Under the pieces are notes generated by a model that worked only from the letters and a program-made list of their open reading frames with translations, was not told where the DNA came from and ran no database searches. Of a DNA stretch of 64,000 bases, positions 58,459 to 64,000 are shown piece after piece. Numbering within the stretch: the stretch's first letter is position 1; each line of letters starts with the position of its first letter. This DNA comes from Candidatus Thorarchaeota archaeon. GTDB taxonomy: Archaea; Asgardarchaeota; Thorarchaeia; Thorarchaeales; Thorarchaeaceae. Where the stretch lies: contig JBHLRS010000005.1 of NCBI GenBank assembly GCA_048882325.1, positions 32,001 through 96,000 of the forward strand, in the 5' to 3' direction. The position numbers and the translations under genes are program-made.

Positions 58459-59280
58459 ATGAGGAGGTTCCTCTCACTATTCTCCATGACAGACCAATCT
58501 GTTTCAGACATTGTTCTCAAGGTGATTCATAACAGACGTTCAGTCAGAGAGTACCTGGATAAGGATGTGCCTGATGACATCCTTACCAAAATTCTCGCGG
58601 CTGGTTTCAGAGCACCCTTCGCCGCTCAACTTTGTTCTGTGGTTTACACTCGCAGTCGTGAGAGAATGAAGGAGGCTGGAGTAAGTGTCTATCCAACTGC
58701 TCCAGTACACATGATATTCTTCATTGATTTCTGTAGGCTTGAGAAGATTATGAAACATCGCGGACACGAGTATGGCTATGATGATATGATGGCAATCTGG
58801 TTAGGCATGCAGGATGTGGTCCTCATGATTGAAAACCTGACAATCGCAGCAGAGTCATTTGGTCTTGGTTCAGTACTCTATGGTATGACTCCGTTGAAGG
58901 CCGATTCAATCGCCAAGACATTCAAGGTTCCGAAACGTGTCTTTCCCGTAGTGGGCATAAGTGTCGGTTATCCAGATCCCGCAGAAGACACTGAGATTCG
59001 GCCGAGGTTTCCACTTGAAATGTCAGCATTTGAGGATGAGTACCGAGACCATTCGGATGAGGACATCAAGATATGCATGAAGGGGATGGATGAGGGATTC
59101 ATTGCTCAAGGATACTATATCAAGAACAAGACAAAGGTGAAGTTGGTTGATAAGAAGGACACAATTGGTTTCGATAAGTACTCATGGTCTGAGCACATCT
59201 CACGGAAGTTCAGAAGTGCGTTTCGAAGGGGAGACCCTCTCATTGAGGTCCTAAGGCGCCATGGATTTGACCTGAGGTAA
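58459..59280 (+). CDS. Nitroreductase family protein (NfsA-like)
   Basis: NRRSVREY, RAP, AAESFGLGS, VFPVVGISVGYP...RPR. Confidence 0.9.
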   Translation: MRRFLSLFSMTDQSVSDIVLKVIHNRRSVREYLDKDVPDDILTKILAAGFRAPFAAQLCSVVYTRSRERMKEAGVSVYPTAPVHMIFFIDFCRLEKIMKHRGHEYGYDDMMAIWLGMQDVVLMIENLTIAAESFGLGSVLYGMTPLKADSIAKTFKVPKRVFPVVGISVGYPDPAEDTEIRPRFPLEMSAFEDEYRDHSDEDIKICMKGMDEGFIAQGYYIKNKTKVKLVDKKDTIGFDKYSWSEHISRKFRSAFRRGDPLIEVLRRHGFDLR

Positions 59281-59322
59281 ATTGTTAAGTTTCAACACGA
59301 ACTAAGAAACACCGCGTTTAGG

Positions 59323-60177
59323 ATGTGGAGACAAGTGAGTGTTGAACTTCCTGAAGCACAGATTCTAGCTGAACAAATGTCAGACACCTTGCTTGAAAAG
59401 AAAATCAAAGCAGTTGATACACAAGATTCTGAGAAACTGCAAAAAATAGGCTTCATGAATAAGAAACTGAAGGACTACCAGAAACTTGTTGGTTGCAAGA
59501 TTAAATCAATCTCACAGCGAGGAAATGTCATTCGTGTTTACATGAACAAGAAAATGAATCTGGTATTATGTCCGGATTATGGCGCAAAGATTCTCTATCA
59601 TAAGAATGAAGATACATTACCAAAGAAACATCACTTCAAAGCAGAATTCACTGATGGTACATTTCTTACTGTTCGACAGACTGGAATGGGAGTTGTTTAC
59701 TCAGCAACGGACGAAGAGACAAAAAACCTGTATGTCATCAAACGTGACTTTTCAGATATCCCCTCTCCAATCGGAGAACATGACTTCACCTTCGAGCGTT
59801 TTGTAGAATTACTTGACGCAAAAGATCAGAACATCAAGGCAGCCATTGTTGGAAAGAGTGCTGTTGTTGTGGGATTGAGTAATGCAGCATTTCAAGAAAT
59901 CATTTACAAGGCAGGCATCCATCCAAAACGTAACACATCAACGTTGACAGATGATGAGAAACATGATGTTTATGATTCTATGAAAGAGATTCTCAACGAA
60001 CGAATCTGCTCTGGTGGGAAAGACAACTGGGTCAATCTCTATGGAGAATCAGGACGACACACTCCAGTCATGGGTCCAAATATGAAAGACAAGAACTGCC
60101 CTAGGTGTAATGCTGCTGTTGAAAAGATTGCACATGGGGGTGGACAGGTATACTTCTGTCCTCGCTGTCAAAGGTAG
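59323..60177 (+). CDS. Fpg/Nei-family DNA glycosylase-like protein (divergent)
   Basis: ELPEA, GLSN...EIIYKAGIHP (H2TH), CPRC...FCPRCQ zinc finger. Confidence 0.85.
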   Translation: MWRQVSVELPEAQILAEQMSDTLLEKKIKAVDTQDSEKLQKIGFMNKKLKDYQKLVGCKIKSISQRGNVIRVYMNKKMNLVLCPDYGAKILYHKNEDTLPKKHHFKAEFTDGTFLTVRQTGMGVVYSATDEETKNLYVIKRDFSDIPSPIGEHDFTFERFVELLDAKDQNIKAAIVGKSAVVVGLSNAAFQEIIYKAGIHPKRNTSTLTDDEKHDVYDSMKEILNERICSGGKDNWVNLYGESGRHTPVMGPNMKDKNCPRCNAAVEKIAHGGGQVYFCPRCQR

Positions 60178-60185
60178 CTTGTTCA

Positions 60186-62282
60186 TCATGTTGTAACATC
60201 AAGTGTCTCCAAAATGAACGAGAATACGAAAGCCAGCTCTTTCATGTAGTCATAGCGTCCACTCGCACCACTATGTCCACTCTCCATCTTTGTCTTGAGA
60301 AGAAGGAGGTTATCATCTGTCTTTAATTCACGCAATTTAGCAACCCACTTTGCCGGCTCCCAGTATTGGACACGAGGGTCGTTGTATCCTGCTGTGATGA
60401 GAATATTAGGATAATTCTTTGCCTCCACTCTGTCGTAAGGAGAGTATTCGTACATCCAGTTGAAATCCTCCATGAGGTTTGGATTGCCCCATTCTTTGTA
60501 TTCAAAGGTTGTAAGTGGTATTGAGTCATCAAGCATTGAATTAATCACATCAACAAACGGAACTGCAGCATAGACTGAATGAAAGAGATCAGGTCGAAGA
60601 TTGAGGATAGCACCCATAAGAAGACCTCCTGCACTTCCGCCGCCAGCACATAGTCTTGAGGTTGAAGTGAATCCCTCTGAAATCAAGTACTCAGCACAGT
60701 CGATGAAATCAGTAAAGGTATTCATCTTGTTGGAGAGCTTTCCTGCATAGTACCATGGTTTCCCAAATTCTCCACCACCTCGAACATGCGCTATCGCAAA
60801 AATTACACCCCTCTCCAGAAGACTCAATCTGGTTGATTTGAATTCGGGATCCAGTGAGATGCCATATGAGCCATATCCATAGAGGTACAATGGAGCTGTT
60901 CCATCCAGTTGGACTTTTTTACTGTAAGCAAGAGAAATTGGGACCATCGTACCATCACGGACTTTCACATAGCGTCTTTCAGTAATGTAACCGGCTGGAT
61001 CATGTCCTTTGATTTCATCAATTTTCTTAAGAACCAACTTGCGTGATGCCATATTGTAATCGTAAACACTTCTCGGGGTTATGGGTGAGCTGAAAGCATA
61101 TCTGAATAGATCGGTTTCAAAGACAGGATTTTGTACTAAGTCAAGACCGTAAATTTTCTCAGGTTGCTCAATATCATGAGTTTCACCTGTCTTCACGTCA
61201 TAGACCATGAAATTTGCATATCCATCTTGACGCTTAGAAATCATCAGATAATTCTTGAACGCCCAGATATTTGTCAAACGGACCTCTACTTGATGGCCAA
61301 TCAGAAGCTCCCAGCTGTCAACTGAAACATCTATGTCTGAAGTTCTCATCATTTTGAAATTGATAGCACCATCATTGTTTACGAGTAGGTAGAAGTAGCG
61401 GTCATGGTGCTCTAGAGTGAGTTGAACTCCTTCGGTTCTTGGGAAAAAGAGCTGTAGTCCAGCTCCTTCCCTTTCAAGATCCAGAAAATGTATCTCACTG
61501 GTTTCAGCAGTCGAGTAGCTTGAATCCAGAAATAGGAACTGCTTGTCCTTCGATTTTTCAATGCTTACATAAAACGACTTGTCAGATTCCTCGAACAAAC
61601 GTTTATCCTCAGATTGATCAGTCCCAAGTGCATGATATGTCAGGGTGTAAGGTCGGTGAATGTCATCAAGTTCTGCGTAGTAGATTCCATTGTTATCATT
61701 TGTCCATTCAGGACCACTCCATCCAGTGGCATTAGATACTGTGTCGATGACCTCACCTGTTGTTAAATCTACAATCCTTATGTCATAGGTTTCGCCTCCA
61801 GTAAAATCAACTGAGTATGCCATCTTTGTATGATCTGGACTAATTTTGAGTGCCGCAACTTTCGTATACTTCTTGCCTTCTGCCAAGACATTGATGTCAA
61901 GAATAACTTCTTCTGGCGCATCTAGAGATTTGAGTTTTCGACAGTGTATATTGTAATTCTTGCCTTCAACTGTTCTGTGATAGTAGTAGTAATCGCCAAT
62001 TTTCATGGGAACGCTTTCGTCAGTTTCTTTGATTCGTCCCTTCATTTCTACAAAGAGTGCTTTTTGAAGAGGTTCTGTATGAGCCATAATGGAATTGGTG
62101 TAATCATTCTCTGCATTGAGGAACTCTTCTACCTCACTGGTGCCCTTGTTTCGTAACCAGTAATAATCATCCTTGAATTTCACACCATGAATCTCAAACT
62201 CGTAAGATTCCTTCTTTGCAACAGGTGGATTTGCCATAAACAAGCATTCAATGAACAAGAGATAAACGTTACAGTTGAACAC
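60186..62282 (-). CDS. ptrB: Oligopeptidase B (S9A)
   Basis: DDYYWLR, YGYGSYG, HVRGGGE, GGSAGG, VPFVD, EWGNP, DPRVQYWEPAKW, GH. Confidence 0.93.
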   Translation of the reverse strand: MFNCNVYLLFIECLFMANPPVAKKESYEFEIHGVKFKDDYYWLRNKGTSEVEEFLNAENDYTNSIMAHTEPLQKALFVEMKGRIKETDESVPMKIGDYYYYHRTVEGKNYNIHCRKLKSLDAPEEVILDINVLAEGKKYTKVAALKISPDHTKMAYSVDFTGGETYDIRIVDLTTGEVIDTVSNATGWSGPEWTNDNNGIYYAELDDIHRPYTLTYHALGTDQSEDKRLFEESDKSFYVSIEKSKDKQFLFLDSSYSTAETSEIHFLDLEREGAGLQLFFPRTEGVQLTLEHHDRYFYLLVNNDGAINFKMMRTSDIDVSVDSWELLIGHQVEVRLTNIWAFKNYLMISKRQDGYANFMVYDVKTGETHDIEQPEKIYGLDLVQNPVFETDLFRYAFSSPITPRSVYDYNMASRKLVLKKIDEIKGHDPAGYITERRYVKVRDGTMVPISLAYSKKVQLDGTAPLYLYGYGSYGISLDPEFKSTRLSLLERGVIFAIAHVRGGGEFGKPWYYAGKLSNKMNTFTDFIDCAEYLISEGFTSTSRLCAGGGSAGGLLMGAILNLRPDLFHSVYAAVPFVDVINSMLDDSIPLTTFEYKEWGNPNLMEDFNWMYEYSPYDRVEAKNYPNILITAGYNDPRVQYWEPAKWVAKLRELKTDDNLLLLKTKMESGHSGASGRYDYMKELAFVFSFILETLDVTT

Positions 62283-62355
62283 CTGATTGGTCCTCAGGGG
62301 TATCGAAGGTTGGATTCATAAGACCAGTGGCATTTCTCAACTGTAAGGAGCTGAG

Positions 62356-63264
62356 TTGATGTTCGAGTACAGAAGTGATCAAAGAACATTGAACATAGGA
62401 GGTGTGAGAATTGGAGGACCACTCGGATTAATACCTACAGTCCTCATACCTTCACTCTTCTACAACAAGGATCGGCTTGTAAAGAATGCAACTACTGGTG
62501 AATTTGACAAGGACAAAACTGAGAACATGATCAATATTCTGAGTGACCTAACCGAAAGAACTGGTTTAGGTACTATGCTTGATGTAGTTGCCATGACAGA
62601 GGAAGCTATGGTGAAGTATCTGCAGTTTCTTGTAGACAGAACAGATTTCCCTTTGCTAATAGATGGTTCTGATTCATTGGAGGTCAATGCTGCAGGCATC
62701 AGGTATGCAATGGATTCTGGTTTTCTTGACCGTGTAATTATCAACTCACTCACACCAGACTCTGATGATGATCTCTTTGTTGTTGTTCAAGAGACTGGCT
62801 TGAAAAACGCTTTAATTCTAACTTTCAATTCAGCATCTTTGGCATCTAGCTCAAAACGGGTTGAGATTGCTGACAACTTAATCAATAAAGCTCAAAGCGT
62901 GGGAGTTTCAAACATACTGATTGACACTGGTGTCATGGACCTTCCAACATTGGGAATTGCATGTAAAACACAGAACTTGTTGAAAGACAAGTATGGATAT
63001 CCAGTAGGAAATGGAGCTCACAATGCGGTTAGCACTTGGACGGGATTGGTACCCAAGTTTGGAAGAGAAGCAAAGAAACCTGCTGTGGTTGGTTCCAGTC
63101 TGATGCCGGTTTCGTTGGGAGCAGACTTTGTGCTAATGGGTCCAGCTAGAGATGCTCCATTGGTTTATCCGTCTATTGCTATGATTGATGTTGCTTATTC
63201 GGGAATCTTGATTGAGGAAAGAATCCGTCCAGACAAACCACATCCAAGATATCTAGTAGGTTGA
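62356..63264 (+). CDS. mtrH: Tetrahydromethanopterin S-methyltransferase subunit H-like methyltransferase
   Basis: IGGV.IGG..G..PTVL..SLFY, GEFDK, P.LIDG, INS, GYPVGNGAHNA...W, GADFVL.GP. Confidence 0.88.
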   Translation: MMFEYRSDQRTLNIGGVRIGGPLGLIPTVLIPSLFYNKDRLVKNATTGEFDKDKTENMINILSDLTERTGLGTMLDVVAMTEEAMVKYLQFLVDRTDFPLLIDGSDSLEVNAAGIRYAMDSGFLDRVIINSLTPDSDDDLFVVVQETGLKNALILTFNSASLASSSKRVEIADNLINKAQSVGVSNILIDTGVMDLPTLGIACKTQNLLKDKYGYPVGNGAHNAVSTWTGLVPKFGREAKKPAVVGSSLMPVSLGADFVLMGPARDAPLVYPSIAMIDVAYSGILIEERIRPDKPHPRYLVG

Positions 63265-63351
63265 TGTATCGATAACATATATCTGAGACTCCGTTATCGC
63301 CACAGATAACAACAGATAGATTTCTGAATCAATAAGGAAGTAAGTTCACTA

Positions 63352-64000
63352 TTGAAGTTGACAGCTAACTATACAATCGTTTTGACAGTGATTCTGATTC
63401 TGCTTTCGCAATCATTCACCCAAACTCAGTCGCATGTACAACCGGATTCGGCCTTTAGTCTAGCGCAGATGACCACAGCAAAAATCATGCAGGGAGAGGT
63501 TGTTGTTGAGAGGAGGCCAACCGCCTTTGACGGATACAACATGTTTGTACTGAGAGAACATGACAACGTCAATAGTAAACACAATCAGACACTGATAATT
63601 ACTGATATGGAGGGAAACGTAGAGTACGAACGAATTCTCACGCCCGAAACACTTTACGAACTAGCAGACCTTTCAATGGATTTTGTCAGTCCAACAACAA
63701 TCCTTGTAGGGTACCAAAGAGATGTTGCATTGGTGAACCTATACAATGGTTCAGTTAGGTATCTCGGATTTTTCGGTCATCATGATTACGAGTACAATCA
63801 TAACAATAATACTGTGTTTGTATTCAAGTACATGACAAAGGACATCAATGGGAGCTCCTACCTATATGATAGAATTGAAGAACACAACCTAAATGGAGAG
63901 CTTGTATGGAGTCTAGATACAAGCGATTTCATCTCCCCGGACATGCAATGTCCATACGAAGATTACTTCATGGGCTCACCAGACATGACTCATTCGAATA
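63352..64000 (+). CDS. Secreted arylsulfotransferase (ASST)-like protein, partial
   Basis: Manual translation from TTG at 63352: signal-like N-terminus, FDGYNMF, GHHD, D.IEE...GELVW, DMTHSN at the window end. Confidence 0.75.
   Translation, partial: MKLTANYTIVLTVILILLSQSFTQTQSHVQPDSAFSLAQMTTAKIMQGEVVVERRPTAFDGYNMFVLREHDNVNSKHNQTLIITDMEGNVEYERILTPETLYELADLSMDFVSPTTILVGYQRDVALVNLYNGSVRYLGFFGHHDYEYNHNNNTVFVFKYMTKDINGSSYLYDRIEEHNLNGELVWSLDTSDFISPDMQCPYEDYFMGSPDMTHSN

Overview
Archaeal chromosomal segment, most likely from an Asgard archaeon (Thorarchaeia-like). This is inferred from three Rab-like small GTPases, a stand-alone MtrH, an LRR gene, archaeal TATA promoters and DxDxDG-stalked surface proteins. 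No rRNA, tRNA, CRISPR array, integrase or transposase was recognised. The strongest candidate for an undescribed system is a copper/heavy-metal regulon at about 25.3-35.2 kb. It contains a PadR-TRASH regulator, a CopA P1B-ATPase with a C-terminal YHS domain (plus a second, cryptic YHS domain in frame behind its TAG stop), three small stand-alone YHS/TRASH proteins (one absent from the ORF track), a LonC-type protease, a NIF3-like metal protein, a MoaD/SAMP ubiquitin-like protein and an FTR1 permease. Each of its five promoter regions carries the palindrome ATATATC-N6-GATATAT, in four of them as overlapping copies with a 14-bp period. A second block (36-49 kb) looks like a genotoxin-resistance cluster: double-length UvrA, YcaQ/AlkZ, AlkD, two DinB-family proteins and a GNAT fused to an SSB-like OB fold. 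Other points are a candidate small RNA near 3.0-3.1 kb, a DNA ligase with a KYNG motif and an inserted Zn ribbon, two disrupted genes (DUF3795-like and LRR) and two partial genes at the window edges that the ORF track missed. All family assignments come from motif recognition by eye, not from database searches.
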